A model generated the notes under the pieces. The model was not told the origin of the DNA, made no database searches, and worked only from the letters and a program-made list of their open reading frames with translations. A stretch of DNA of 64,000 nt from Acidobacteriota bacterium (lineage in GTDB: Bacteria; Acidobacteriota; Thermoanaerobaculia; Gp7-AA8), in contig JAFATB010000011.1 in the NCBI GenBank assembly GCA_019244185.1, positions 32,001 through 96,000 on the forward strand. Direction: 5' to 3'. The first letter of the stretch is position 1. Each line of letters starts with the position of its first letter. Below, piece after piece: positions 49,058-59,434 of this stretch. Position numbers and translations under genes: made by a program.

Positions 49058-49147
49058 GGAGAGATGGCCGAGTGGCTTAAGGCGCACGCTTGGAAAGCGT
49101 GTGTACGTTAACCCGTACCGTGGGTTCGAATCCCACTCTCTCCGCCA
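49058..49147 (+). tRNA. tRNA-Ser (anticodon GGA)
   Basis: GGAGAGA/TCTCTCC-G-CCA; anticodon arm CACGC-TTGGAAA-GCGTG; long variable arm. Confidence 0.96.
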
Positions 49148-49182
49148 CCATTGACGCGCATGATCCATTGATATTGTTCGAC

Positions 49183-49308
49183 GGCCCGCTGGGATGAGCC
49201 CGGGTCCTGTGCAGCAGGCGCACCGAACCTCGTCAGGTCCGGAAGGAAGCAGCGATAAGGTGCCTCACCTGCGTGACACAGTCCGGCCTGGGCTCTTCCG
49301 AGCGGGTC
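49183..49308 (+). ncRNA. ffs: Signal recognition particle RNA (small bacterial 4.5S type)
   Basis: Helix 8 signature TCAGGTCCGGAAGGAAGCAGC; ends pair (GGCCCGCT/AGCGGGTC); upstream TTGACG and TGnTATTGT; directly before dnaX. Confidence 0.92.
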
Positions 49309-49336
49309 ATTTCGTTTCAGGTACACTCCACCCGCA

Positions 49337-50911
49337 ATGTCCTACCAGGCTCTCGCGCGGAAATATCGCCCCCAAACCTTTCAGGACATCGTCGGCCAGG
49401 AAACGGCCGTGCGGACGCTGCGCAATGCCATCGAGGACGAGCGCATCCATCACGCGTACCTCTTCTCCGGCGTCCGCGGCGTCGGCAAAACGACCCTCGC
49501 GCGCATCCTCGCCAAGGCGCTGAACTGCGAGCACGGACCGACGCGGGATCCCGACAACACGTGCACGATCTGCCGCGAGATCACCGAAGGCATCGACCTC
49601 GACGTCCGGGAGATCGATGCCGCGACGTACACCGGCGTCGACAACGTCCGGGAGCTCCGCGACGTCTCGCAGTTCCAGCCCGCGCGCGACCACTACCGCA
49701 TCTTCATCATCGACGAAGCGCACATGCTCTCCACCGCGTCGTGGAACGCATTGCTCAAGCTCATCGAGGAGCCGCCGCCGCACGTCGTCTTCATGTTCGC
49801 GACGACGGAGATGCAGAAGGTTCCCACCACGATCATCTCCCGCACGCAGAAGATCCTGTTGCGCAAGATCAACCTCGACGATCTGATCAAACGCCTCGCC
49901 GACGTCTGCCGCATGGAAGGCATCGAAGCCACGCGTCCCGCGCTCGAGATCATCGCCCGCCGCGGCGAAGGCAGCGTGCGCGACTCGCTCTCGCTGCTCG
50001 ACCAGATCATCGCCTTCAGCGGACGCTCCATCGACGTCGAGGACGTCGCCACGGTCCTCGGCCTCTCCGACACGAACTTCTTCGCGCGCGTCATCACCGA
50101 GATCGCCGACGGCGATCATGCGGCGATTCTCGAGGCGCTGCAGGAGGCTGCCGACACCGGCCGCGATTTCAAGATGCTGTATCGCGACCTCCTCAACTTC
50201 GTGCGCAACCTCATGCTCATCGCCGGCGGCGCGAACGAGTCGATGCTCTCCGTGCAGCCGGAAGATCTGCCGACGCTGCAGAAGGTCGCGGAAAAGTTCT
50301 CGTACAGCGATCTGCTGCGCATCGCGAACCTCCTCCTGCGCGACGACGAGACCGTGAATCGCGCCGAGCATCAGCGCCTCGCCGTCGAGATCGCACTGCT
50401 CAAAGCGGCAACGTTCCCGCGCCTCAAAGCCGTGGAACAGGTGCTCGCCAGCGACACGTCGACCGCGACCGCTTCGCCCGCCGCCCCGCGCGTGCGCGCC
50501 GTCGAGAAGCCGGCGCAGCGTCCCGCCGCCGCTGCGAACACGACGACGTCCGCCGCCAGCGTCGACACCGGCTCCGCCGACGCGTTTCTCGAGCGCGCGA
50601 AGAAAGCGCGTCCGCTCCTCGGCGGGTATCTCACCGGCGCGAAGCACGCGGCGAAAGAGGGCAATCGCATCACGCTGACCTTCGACGACCCGCACCTCGC
50701 CGAGCCGCTCGCCGATGAACGCGCGGCCCTCGAGAAGATCGCGGCCGAGGTGTATGGAGCGCCGACGCAGGTCATCATTGAGACCCACAACGACGAGAAG
50801 CCCGGCGGTCGACGCGCCGAAGACAAGCCGTCTCCGCTGCGCGACGATCCCGTGCTCAGCTCGTTCCGCAAGCACCTCGGCGGCGAGCTGCTGAAGGAGA
50901 GCAAACGATGA
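49337..50911 (+). CDS. dnaX: DNA polymerase III subunit gamma/tau
   Basis: [46 protein letters not shown]. Confidence 0.97.
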   Translation: MSYQALARKYRPQTFQDIVGQETAVRTLRNAIEDERIHHAYLFSGVRGVGKTTLARILAKALNCEHGPTRDPDNTCTICREITEGIDLDVREIDAATYTGVDNVRELRDVSQFQPARDHYRIFIIDEAHMLSTASWNALLKLIEEPPPHVVFMFATTEMQKVPTTIISRTQKILLRKINLDDLIKRLADVCRMEGIEATRPALEIIARRGEGSVRDSLSLLDQIIAFSGRSIDVEDVATVLGLSDTNFFARVITEIADGDHAAILEALQEAADTGRDFKMLYRDLLNFVRNLMLIAGGANESMLSVQPEDLPTLQKVAEKFSYSDLLRIANLLLRDDETVNRAEHQRLAVEIALLKAATFPRLKAVEQVLASDTSTATASPAAPRVRAVEKPAQRPAAAANTTTSAASVDTGSADAFLERAKKARPLLGGYLTGAKHAAKEGNRITLTFDDPHLAEPLADERAALEKIAAEVYGAPTQVIIETHNDEKPGGRRAEDKPSPLRDDPVLSSFRKHLGGELLKESKR

Positions 50912-51204
50912 ACATCAAACAGCTGATGAAACAAGCGCAGCAGATGCAGGACCAGATGCAGCGCCAGATGTCTTCGATCAAGGTCGAAGGCACGGCCGGC
51001 GGCGGCATGGTCAAGGCGACGATGTCGGGCAACAAGGAACTGCTCGAGCTGACGATCGACAAGGAAGCGGTCGATCCCGACGACGTCGAGATGCTGCAGG
51101 ACCTCGTCAAAGCCGCGATCAACGAAGCCGCGCGCAAGGTCGACGAGGAGATGAACTCGTCCCTCGGCGCTATGACCGGCGGGATGAAGATTCCGGGTTT
51201 CTGA
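50908..51204 (+). CDS. ybaB: YbaB/EbfC nucleoid-associated protein
   Basis: [28 protein letters not shown]; dnaX-ybaB-recR synteny. Confidence 0.95.
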   Translation: MNIKQLMKQAQQMQDQMQRQMSSIKVEGTAGGGMVKATMSGNKELLELTIDKEAVDPDDVEMLQDLVKAAINEAARKVDEEMNSSLGAMTGGMKIPGF

Positions 51205-51208
51205 TCAC

Positions 51209-51802
51209 TTGACTGCACCGCCTCTCGCAAACCTCATCAACGAGCTGACCAAGCTCCCCGGCGTCGGCGGCAAATCGGCGGCGCGGCTCGCGTATCACAT
51301 CCTCAAACGCTCGGCCGCGGAAGCCGAGGCGCTGGCGACGGCGATTCTGGATGTGAAGACGAAGATCTTCCGCTGCTCGGTCTGCAACAACATGACGGAC
51401 GTGGAGCCGTGCGCGATCTGCGCGGATCCGCGCCGCGATCCGTCGCTCATCTGCGTCGTCGAGGAAGCCTTCAACATCCAGACGATCGAGTCGACGCGCG
51501 ACTTCAAAGGCGTCTATCACGTGCTCCTCGGCGCGCTCTCGCCGCTGAAAGGCATCGGTCCGCAGGACATCGATGTAGCCGGGCTCGTGAAACGCGTGCA
51601 GAGCGGGGAGCTGCGCGAGATCATCATCGCCACGAACCCGAACGTCGAAGGGGAGGCGACCGCGCTCTACATCGCGCAGCAGCTTCGCCCGCTGGGCGTG
51701 CGCACGACGCGGCTCGCGTTCGGCTTACCGGTGGGCGGCGACCTCGAATACGCGGACCAGGTGACGATGGCCAAAGCACTCGAAGGGCGTCGCGAGATCT
51801 GA
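51209..51802 (+). CDS. recR: Recombination mediator RecR
   Basis: LPGVG.KSA.RLA, C4 zinc finger, [25 protein letters not shown]. Confidence 0.97.
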   Translation: MTAPPLANLINELTKLPGVGGKSAARLAYHILKRSAAEAEALATAILDVKTKIFRCSVCNNMTDVEPCAICADPRRDPSLICVVEEAFNIQTIESTRDFKGVYHVLLGALSPLKGIGPQDIDVAGLVKRVQSGELREIIIATNPNVEGEATALYIAQQLRPLGVRTTRLAFGLPVGGDLEYADQVTMAKALEGRREI

Positions 51803-51884
51803 TCCTCAGCGACAGAAATCTAGGCTCACAACTCGTCCTGTGCTATACATTTGCGTCCCTTCCGGGCAGAGAAAATGGTGAACA

Positions 51885-52385
51885 ATGGCGGCTCCTGATC
51901 TCGTGATGTACGAGGAGGAGTACCAGCAGATCAAGGACATCCTTCATCGTCTGCAGGTCGACTCCAACTCGAAGATCGTCTTTCTGGTCGACAAGAACGG
52001 CCAGCAGATCGCCGTGGAAGGCGACATGCGCGGCGTCGACGCGACGTCACTCGCTTCTCTCACCGCCGGCAACGTCGCCGCGACCGACGGCCTCGCGAAA
52101 CTGATCGGCGAGAAGGAGTTCTCGATCCTCTTCCACGAAGGGGAGCGCGACAACATCCACATCTCGCTCGTCGCGCAGCGCGTGATCCTCGTCGTCATCT
52201 TCGACGAGAAGTCATCGCTCGGCCTCGTGCGCCTGCGCGTGAAGAAAGCCTCGCAGGAGCTCGAGCGCACGTTCGAGCAGCTGCTCCGCAAGGCGGAGGC
52301 GGACCGCGGCTCGATGGCCAACCGCTTCGACTCGCCCTTCGCCGAGATTACCGACGAAGACATCGACAGCCTGTTCAGCGAATAA
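51885..52385 (+). CDS. mglB: Roadblock/LC7 protein MglB (GTPase-activating partner)
   Basis: [51 protein letters not shown]. Confidence 0.92.
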   Translation: MAAPDLVMYEEEYQQIKDILHRLQVDSNSKIVFLVDKNGQQIAVEGDMRGVDATSLASLTAGNVAATDGLAKLIGEKEFSILFHEGERDNIHISLVAQRVILVVIFDEKSSLGLVRLRVKKASQELERTFEQLLRKAEADRGSMANRFDSPFAEITDEDIDSLFSE

Positions 52386-52390
52386 GCCCC

Positions 52391-52975
52391 ATGACGTTCA
52401 TCAACTACGCTGCGCGGGAAATCAACTGCAAGATCGTCTACTACGGTCCCGGCCTCTGCGGGAAGACGACGAACCTGCAGTGGATCTACGACAAGACCAA
52501 CCCGCAGGCGAAAGGGAAGCTGATCTCCCTCGCCACCGAAACCGATCGCACGCTCTTCTTCGACTTCCTCCCGCTCGACCTCGGCACCGTGCGCGGCTTC
52601 AAGACGCGCTTCCACCTCTACACCGTTCCCGGCCAGGTCTTCTACGACGCGTCGCGCAAGCTGATCCTGAAGGGCGTCGACGGCGTCGTCTTCGTGGCCG
52701 ACTCGCAGGAAGCGCGCATGGAAGCGAACATCGAGTCGCTGCAGAACCTCGAGAAGAACCTCCGCGAGCAGGGCTACGAGCTGAAGACCGTGCCGTACGT
52801 CCTGCAGTTCAACAAGCGCGATCTCCCCACCGCGCTGCCCGCCGACCAGATGTACGGCCAGCTCAACTTCAAAGGCGAGCCGACGTTCGAGGCCGTGGCG
52901 ATGAACGGCACCGGCGTCTTCGACACGCTCAAGGCCGTCGCAAAGCTGGTGCTGACGGAGCTCAAGAAGAAGTAG
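52391..52975 (+). CDS. mglA: Small Ras-like GTPase MglA
   Basis: [49 protein letters not shown]. Confidence 0.95.
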   Translation: MTFINYAAREINCKIVYYGPGLCGKTTNLQWIYDKTNPQAKGKLISLATETDRTLFFDFLPLDLGTVRGFKTRFHLYTVPGQVFYDASRKLILKGVDGVVFVADSQEARMEANIESLQNLEKNLREQGYELKTVPYVLQFNKRDLPTALPADQMYGQLNFKGEPTFEAVAMNGTGVFDTLKAVAKLVLTELKKK

Positions 52976-52986
52976 GCTGTCGGCGT

Positions 52987-54189
52987 ATGGAACGCCGCTT
53001 CCGCGAGCTCTTCAACGCGCAGTTCACCAGCGAGCTGTACGAGTTCTACAAAGCCGATCTCTCCCGCCGCACCGGCACGTCGTTCGAGTTCCGCCTCGCC
53101 GAGTCGCCGCTCTTCCTCTCTGACGACTTCAAGCAGCGCGCGGTCGAGAGCGCGACGGCGATCGTCGAGCAGCTCTCCGATCCCGCGCTCATCGCGCGCA
53201 TGAAAGCCGCGATTCCGGAGCGGTGGAACACGCCCGGCATGGACGCGCTGCCGAACCTCGCGCAGGTCGACTTCGCGGTCGTCCGTGACGCGGACGGCCG
53301 CTACGTGCCGAAGCTCATCGAGCTGCAGGGCTTTCCCTCGCTCACCGCGCTGCAGATCGTGCAGCGCGACGCGTGGGTGGAAACGCTCGCGCGCATGGAC
53401 GGCCTCGACCTCGCGTGGTCGTGCTGGTTCTCCGGCTACGACCGCACGTCGTTCATCGATCTCGCGCGCCGCACCATCGTCGGCAAAAACGATCCCGCGG
53501 AAGTGATCCTCATGGATCTCGATCCGCCGCGGCAGAAGACGTATCCAGACTTCGCGGCGACGAAGCTCCTCTTCGACGTCGACGCCGTCGATCCGGTGAC
53601 GCTCGTCAAGCGCGGGAAGCAGCTCTTCCGCAGCGACGGCACGCCGGTGCGCCGCATCTACAACCGCGTCGTGTTCGACGAGCTGATCGCGAAGGGAATC
53701 ACGCTGCCGTTCGATTATCGCGAAGAGCTCGACGTCGAATGGGCGCCGCACCCGAACTGGTACTGGGTGTGGTCAAAGTACTCGCTGCCGTTCCTGCAGC
53801 ACGAGTCGGTGCCGCGCGCGACGTTCGTCTCCGACCTCGAGCGCATCCCCGACGATCTCTCGCGCTACGTGCTCAAGCCGCTCTTCTCGTTCGCCGGCGG
53901 CGGCGTGAACGTCGACCCGACGCGCGCCGACGTCGAGGCGATCCCGGAAGACGAGCGCCACGCGTGGTGCCTGCAGGAGAAGATCGAGTACGAGCCGGCG
54001 CTGCAAGCAGCCGACGGCGGCGGCGTGAAGATCGAGATTCGCCTCATGTTTCTGCGGCCCGATGACGAAGCGAAGCCGATCCTCGCGCAGAACCTCGTCC
54101 GTCTCTCGCGCGGCAAGATGCTCGGCGTCGACTTCAACAAGCAGTTCACGTGGGTGGGTTCGTCGGTCGGGTTGTCGCTCACTTCGTAG
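52987..54189 (+). CDS. Hypothetical protein, circularly permuted ATP-grasp / GSP-synthase-like
   Basis: Start ATG 52987; QVDF, PKLIELQGFPSL, RRIYNRVVFDEL, HPNW...SK, VLKPLFSFAGGGV, LQEKIEY. Confidence 0.7.
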   Translation: MERRFRELFNAQFTSELYEFYKADLSRRTGTSFEFRLAESPLFLSDDFKQRAVESATAIVEQLSDPALIARMKAAIPERWNTPGMDALPNLAQVDFAVVRDADGRYVPKLIELQGFPSLTALQIVQRDAWVETLARMDGLDLAWSCWFSGYDRTSFIDLARRTIVGKNDPAEVILMDLDPPRQKTYPDFAATKLLFDVDAVDPVTLVKRGKQLFRSDGTPVRRIYNRVVFDELIAKGITLPFDYREELDVEWAPHPNWYWVWSKYSLPFLQHESVPRATFVSDLERIPDDLSRYVLKPLFSFAGGGVNVDPTRADVEAIPEDERHAWCLQEKIEYEPALQAADGGGVKIEIRLMFLRPDDEAKPILAQNLVRLSRGKMLGVDFNKQFTWVGSSVGLSLTS

Positions 54190-55042
54190 CGATGTGCTTC
54201 TCGACCATCCGCCACTGCACCTCGGCGGTGTGGTCCTTCACGCCGATGTGCGTGTACGGCTCCGCGTCGTACGTGACTTCCGCGTCCTGACCCGGAATGC
54301 GGCACGTCGACTCGTCGCCGACGAGCGTCTTGAAGCCGATCACGTTGTCCGCGCTCGACCAGATCGTGTAGACGTGCGCGCCTTCGTAGTGATGCCGTGT
54401 GTTGAGCGCGGCGAGAAATGCGGACGTTGGAGCAAAGCCGTCGGTCGGATTGCACGCGGGCATCCCCGGCGCGGCGAGCGCGCAGCCGGCGAGACCGCGA
54501 TTCGCGCCGGCGATGCCGACGAACGTGTCGATCGATGACGTGAGCGGCGCGCCGAGCGTTCCGCCGCCAGCGATGACGCGCCGCGCGAGCGTGACGCCCA
54601 TCGAGTGCGCGACGATGTCCACTCTCTTCGCGCCGGTGTACGCCTTCACCGCCTCGATGAATGCGCGCAGTCGCGTGACATACACGTCGCTGTGCGTCTG
54701 CAGCAACGCCTGCGAGAGATCCGCCGGACCCCACGTCGTCGCGTACAGCTCGGCCGGCGTGTAGCCGTGCGCCTGGAACTCGTCGATGCTCGCGCGCCAG
54801 CCGGTCAGTCCTTTCACGCCAGTGCCGAGCGCGGAGTCGGAGTTGCCGTGGATGAAGATCACCGGCTCGTGGCGCACGCGCTGCCGCGCCGACGTGCGTC
54901 CGCCGAAGCTGCCGCCGGGCACGTCCGCGCGCGCGAAGTCGTACGCGCCGTAGCCGTGCGTCTGCAGCCATTTCTGAAAATCCGGCGTGAGCTGCGCGTG
55001 CGCGGAGGTGGCGAGGAGCAGCGCGAGGAAGAGGTAACGCAT
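54179..55042 (-). CDS. Secreted class-2 (EstA/Lipase_2) lipase
   Basis: Signal peptide; PVIFIHGN, ELYATTWG, AHSMG nucleophile elbow, FVGIAGAN. Confidence 0.88.
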   Translation of the reverse strand: MRYLFLALLLATSAHAQLTPDFQKWLQTHGYGAYDFARADVPGGSFGGRTSARQRVRHEPVIFIHGNSDSALGTGVKGLTGWRASIDEFQAHGYTPAELYATTWGPADLSQALLQTHSDVYVTRLRAFIEAVKAYTGAKRVDIVAHSMGVTLARRVIAGGGTLGAPLTSSIDTFVGIAGANRGLAGCALAAPGMPACNPTDGFAPTSAFLAALNTRHHYEGAHVYTIWSSADNVIGFKTLVGDESTCRIPGQDAEVTYDAEPYTHIGVKDHTAEVQWRMVEKHIATK

Positions 55043-55065
55043 ATGGCTTGCATGATACCGACGGC

Positions 55066-55713
55066 ATGAGGCTCGACAGCCAGCTGAACGTCGTCACCGC
55101 CGCGCCGCTCATTCCTCCGAGTCCGACGCTGACGAAGCTGCGGACCGTCGCCGCCGAATGCAAGGCGTGCGATCTCTGGAAGACGGGCACGCAGACGGTG
55201 TTCGGCGAAGGGAGGCCGTCGTCGCTGATCATGTTCGTCGGCGAGCAGCCGGGCGACAAGGAAGACCTCTCCGGAAAGCCGTTCGTCGGTCCCGCCGGCG
55301 CGCTGCTCGACAAGTCGCTCGAGGAAGCGGGCATCGACCGCGCGAAGGTCTACGTCACGAACGTCGTGAAGCATTTCAAATGGGAGCCGCGCGGCAAGCG
55401 CCGCATCCACAAGAAGCCGAACGCCGTCGAGATCACCGCGTGCCGGCCGTGGCTGCAGGCGGAGATCCGCGTGATCAAGCCGCGCGCGATCATCTGCCTC
55501 GGCTCAACGGCCGCGCAGGCGATCATCGGCCCGAAGTTCCGCGTGTCGACGCAGCGCGCGCAGTTCGTCGAGTCGGAGCTCGCCGAGTACGTGACCGCGA
55601 CCGTGCATCCGTCGTCGATTCTGCGCGCGCCGTCCGACGAGGCGCGGCATCTCGAACGCGCGCGTTTCGTCGACGATCTGAAGAAGATCCGCGCCGCGCT
55701 CGCGTCGCTGTAG
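55066..55713 (+). CDS. udgX: UdgX-type uracil-DNA binding protein / family-4 UDG
   Basis: C..C Fe-S ligands, GEQPG, R-loop KRRIH, HPSSILR. Confidence 0.9.
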   Translation: MRLDSQLNVVTAAPLIPPSPTLTKLRTVAAECKACDLWKTGTQTVFGEGRPSSLIMFVGEQPGDKEDLSGKPFVGPAGALLDKSLEEAGIDRAKVYVTNVVKHFKWEPRGKRRIHKKPNAVEITACRPWLQAEIRVIKPRAIICLGSTAAQAIIGPKFRVSTQRAQFVESELAEYVTATVHPSSILRAPSDEARHLERARFVDDLKKIRAALASL

Positions 55714-55719
55714 TAGAAC

Positions 55720-58700
55720 TCACTTCAGCAGTTTGGGCGGTTCCGTCCGCACGAACTCCGCGAAGTCGCGCCGCGCCTCCGCTGCACGCGGGCGGTTCGC
55801 GCGCGTGTAGCAGTCCGCGCGCAGCTCGAGGATGTGGCGGCGCCACGGCACGTTCGGCTCGAGATCTTCGATCGCGGCGATGAGCGCCGGTCCGCAGCGT
55901 TCGTACTTTTCGGCGACGCCGACGCGGATGATGTCGCGCGCGTCTTCCCATTGCCATTCGGCGAACGGCTGGCGCAGCGCCTCGATCACGTACGGCGCGG
56001 CCGCGTGGTCGTCGGCCAGCGTCATGGCCGTGTCGTAGGAGTTGCGCATGATCGACGGCATCGGCCACGGGTTCGTGCGATAGCCGCCGTACGCGCGCAG
56101 CAGCGCCTGCGCGGCCTCGACGTTGCGCTGCTGCCGCATGCGCAGCCGCGCCAGCGCCGCATCCGCTTCGATCGGCTCCGAGCGGCGCAGCGCGGCGATG
56201 ACCGTCTCCGCATTGGGATCGTTCGCGTCCGCGAGCACCCATGCGAGCGTCATCAGCTCGTGCGAGTTCACCGGCTGCCACGGCCCGGCGTGCTGCCAGA
56301 TCTGATACGCCTGCGCGTACTCGCGCCGCTCGTACGCTGACGCGAAGCCGTAGCGCGGATCGTTCGCCGGAAAGACCGTGGCGCGGTTCCGCTCGACGAG
56401 CGCCCAGTCGAGCGGACCGCGCAGATCGGCGGGACGTCCGGCGTCGACCTCGCGCGCCGCGTCGTAGATGCTCATCATCGAGAACGAGCCTTGCGCGAGC
56501 GTGCGCGCGAAGCTGAACTCGATGATCGTGCGGTCGTCGGTGTTGAGCTCCGCGTCGCGCGCGATGCGGCTCGCCACGCGGCTCGACGCCATGAAGTGCG
56601 AGTACAGACCTTCGAGTGACTCGACGCGCCACGTGTCGTGAATGGCCGTGCGATACGGCTCGGTGAGCATCCGCCGGCGCAGCACGTCCGTGTCGCGCGT
56701 GAGCGGCTTCTTCGATGCGAGCAGCAGCAGGTCGCCCTTCGTCGTCCACCACGTCTCGATGTACGGAAAGACGGTGTGCAGCGTGCCGTAGACCGTGCGG
56801 ATCGTGTCGGCGTCCGCGGCGTACGTCTGCATCCATTGCGCGAAGATGCCGCCGTCGTTGAGGCGGTCCGCCGCGGAGCGATACCACTCGTGCGTGTAGA
56901 GGCTGGCGATGCCTGCGCGGTACGGATTCGACGGCTCCGAGAAGATGACGTCGTAGTGGCGGCGGCTCGTGACGAGGATCTCGCGCGCGTCGCCGACCGT
57001 GATGTGCACCTTCGGGTTGCGCAGCACGCCGCGGTTGACGAGCGCGTAGTCGTTCGACGCGTCGACCACCACCGGCTCGAGCTCGATCGCGTCGACGCGC
57101 TCCATCGACGGAATGCTGCCCAGCCATCCTGCCGTCGTTCCGGTGCCGAGGCCGACCACGGCACACGTGCGCGGATTCGGATGGAAGAACGCCGGCAGGA
57201 TGCCGCTCATCACCTGCGTGCCCGCATCGGCGCGCGCGGTGCCGTCCGACTTTCCGTTGACGATGAGGCTGAGGTCCGTCTCGCGATAGAGCGCGATGCT
57301 GCTCTCGCGGCCGTCGGCGTCCCACAGCAGCGTGCGCCGCTCCCGCGCCATCCAGTCGTGTGCTTCCTGCGCGCTCAGCGGCATCTTCGCGCGCGCGGCG
57401 CCGATGCCGGAGTGGCGCCACGGCGCGGTCGGGCCCATCGCGCGCGTCCCGAGCATCGCGAAGATCGCCGCGACGACCGCCGCGATCGCGAGCGCGCGCT
57501 GCTGCTGCCGCACCGCATGCAGCACCGCGACGAGACCGAGCAGCGTGAGCAGGATCGCCACGAGCTCCCACGCCCCGGGCGCGGTGAGGAGCGGCAGGAG
57601 ACCGAAGCCGCCGAGGAGCGAGCCGGTGATCGCGCCGGCGGTGTTCCACGCGTAGGCGAGACCGACGTCGTGGCCGACGCCTTCGCGTCCGCGCCCGAGG
57701 AGCGAGATCATCAGCGGGAACTGCACACCGGACACGAATGCCGCGGGGAACACCACCAGCGTCGTGATCATCGTCCAGCGCAGCACATGTCCGAAGAAGC
57801 CGAGCGTGCCGACCGGCTGCAGGTACAACGTGAAGAGCGCGATGCGATCGCCGAGCGCGTACGGGATGATCACGAACAGCGCCTCGAGCGTGCACGTGAG
57901 CGCGAAGCCGCCCGCCGACGCGGTGCCGCCGCGCGACCAGAACGAGTACGCCGCGCCGCCGAGTCCGATGCCCGCGAGCGCGACGGCGAGGATCAGTCCG
58001 AACATGAACGTCGTGCCGCCGAGGAGCGGCGAGAGCATGCGGTACCAGACCAGCTCCATCAGCAGGAAGACGAAGCCGGTCGTGCCGGCCGCGACGAGGA
58101 CGAAGCGTCGCGGCGTCGCCGCGGGCTCCGTGGTCTCGTGCGCGTCGGAGGTCGCGTGCGTGGTCGCGTCGCCGCGCGACGTCGCGATCGCGATTCCGCC
58201 GACGAGCACGTTGACGACGACCGCGAGGAGCAGCGTGCCGCGATTGCCGAGGTGTTCGAGGAGGTAGAACGACGACACGAGCGTGCCGGTGACGGCGCCG
58301 AGCGTGTTCGTGCCGTACAGCAGCGCGAGCCGCTTGCGTCCGGCGTCGTCATCCGTCTCGACCGCGCGCGCGGCGGCGGGCAAGGTGCCGCCCATGAGGA
58401 TCGTCGGCACGGCGAGCACGAGCGCGGAGAGCACGAGCCGCACGATCGTGGCGAGCACAAGTCCCATCGCCACCGAGCCGCCGCTCATGATGTAGATCCA
58501 GCGGACGAACAGCAGGATCAGCGGCGTGATCGCCGCCGAGAGCGCGATCGCGATCTCGAGCTTTCCGTAAAACGCGAGGGGACGTTCCGCGGCGTCGGCG
58601 CGACGTCCCAGCAACGCGCTGCCGACGCCGAGGCCGCCCATGAAGATCGCCAGGACGGCGGCGGTCGCGTACGTCGACGTGCCGAAGATGACGCGGAACT

Positions 58701-58785
58701 GCCGCAGCCACGACGTCTGATAGATGAGCGCGCACGCGCCGGAGCCGAAGAGGAGCGCCGCGGCTTTCCACGTACTCCGCGTCAT
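55720..58785 (-). CDS. Fused multi-TM / spermidine synthase-like methyltransferase with helical C-terminus
   Basis: Start ATG 58785; SG..ALIYQ..W.R, LYG.NTLGA; VNGKSDG, VGLGTG.T, ELEP.V, DVIFSEPSNPY.AG...L.T. Confidence 0.88.
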   Translation of the reverse strand: MTRSTWKAAALLFGSGACALIYQTSWLRQFRVIFGTSTYATAAVLAIFMGGLGVGSALLGRRADAAERPLAFYGKLEIAIALSAAITPLILLFVRWIYIMSGGSVAMGLVLATIVRLVLSALVLAVPTILMGGTLPAAARAVETDDDAGRKRLALLYGTNTLGAVTGTLVSSFYLLEHLGNRGTLLLAVVVNVLVGGIAIATSRGDATTHATSDAHETTEPAATPRRFVLVAAGTTGFVFLLMELVWYRMLSPLLGGTTFMFGLILAVALAGIGLGGAAYSFWSRGGTASAGGFALTCTLEALFVIIPYALGDRIALFTLYLQPVGTLGFFGHVLRWTMITTLVVFPAAFVSGVQFPLMISLLGRGREGVGHDVGLAYAWNTAGAITGSLLGGFGLLPLLTAPGAWELVAILLTLLGLVAVLHAVRQQQRALAIAAVVAAIFAMLGTRAMGPTAPWRHSGIGAARAKMPLSAQEAHDWMARERRTLLWDADGRESSIALYRETDLSLIVNGKSDGTARADAGTQVMSGILPAFFHPNPRTCAVVGLGTGTTAGWLGSIPSMERVDAIELEPVVVDASNDYALVNRGVLRNPKVHITVGDAREILVTSRRHYDVIFSEPSNPYRAGIASLYTHEWYRSAADRLNDGGIFAQWMQTYAADADTIRTVYGTLHTVFPYIETWWTTKGDLLLLASKKPLTRDTDVLRRRMLTEPYRTAIHDTWRVESLEGLYSHFMASSRVASRIARDAELNTDDRTIIEFSFARTLAQGSFSMMSIYDAAREVDAGRPADLRGPLDWALVERNRATVFPANDPRYGFASAYERREYAQAYQIWQHAGPWQPVNSHELMTLAWVLADANDPNAETVIAALRRSEPIEADAALARLRMRQQRNVEAAQALLRAYGGYRTNPWPMPSIMRNSYDTAMTLADDHAAAPYVIEALRQPFAEWQWEDARDIIRVGVAEKYERCGPALIAAIEDLEPNVPWRRHILELRADCYTRANRPRAAEARRDFAEFVRTEPPKLLK

Positions 58786-59252
58786 GGCTGGTTCGAGCGG
58801 CAACGCTCCGCATAAACGCTGGCAAGCGCGTGCGGATCGCCCGGCGCGACGATCGCGTGCACGAGCGCGACGAGATCCTTCGGCAGCGGCGGCTCGTCGA
58901 GCCACTTCGTCGCGCGCTTCGTGCCGGCGCGGTCGATCGTGAGATCCCACTCGATGCGATCGCAGCAAGTGTTCTCCGGCAGGTAGGATTCTTTCCACGT
59001 CCCGAGCCGCGCCGCCGCGAGCAGTTTCTCGACGCGCTGCAGTTCGGCGTCGCTCAGCTGATAGCTGCACTGCTTGCGCGTCATCGTCGTGACCGTCAGC
59101 GCGCCGGTCGAATCGAGCACGTAACTGCCGGCGCCGCGGCCGGCGATGCCGCCGCTCGATGCGAGCTCGAGGTGCCACGGACGGACGGGTCGCGGTGCGG
59201 CGGCACAGGCCGTCGCGAGGAGAGCGAGAAAAATCGCGCGAAGCGAAAGCAT
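58782..59252 (-). CDS. Lipoprotein with emfourin (protealysin inhibitor)-like domain
   Basis: Lipobox LATAC; SGGIAG and CCDRIEWDLTI resemble emfourin motifs; ATGA overlap with the downstream gene. Confidence 0.55.
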   Translation of the reverse strand: MLSLRAIFLALLATACAAAPRPVRPWHLELASSGGIAGRGAGSYVLDSTGALTVTTMTRKQCSYQLSDAELQRVEKLLAAARLGTWKESYLPENTCCDRIEWDLTIDRAGTKRATKWLDEPPLPKDLVALVHAIVAPGDPHALASVYAERCRSNQP

Positions 59253-59312
59253 CGGCGCATTCTCCACGTTGTAGAGTCCGCGCGCAAAATCAGCACGTTT
59301 TCATGCACTTTC

Positions 59313-59342
59313 TTGCGGGTTTTCGAACTGCCGTCGTACACT
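59313..59342 (+). promoter_or_regulatory. recA promoter with a candidate LexA-type operator
   Basis: TTGCGG-18bp-TACACT; GAAC-N7-GTAC (59325-59339) overlaps the spacer and -10. Confidence 0.55.
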
Positions 59343-59434
59343 CGCTGCACCACACGAATGTCCCTGTCGAACCGACTTTTCCCGCGCCTCTCCTCGGCGA
59401 ACGCTTCCTCGGGAAATGAATAAGGAGAAGGCTG

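Noticed and set aside
49337-50911. Programmed frameshift or slippage site in dnaX
   Set aside because: No A-AAA-AAG heptamer or long A/T run seen
55036-55052. Sigma54 promoter before udgX (CGCATATGGCTTGCA)
   Set aside because: Has the -12 TTGCA but CG instead of the invariant GG at -24
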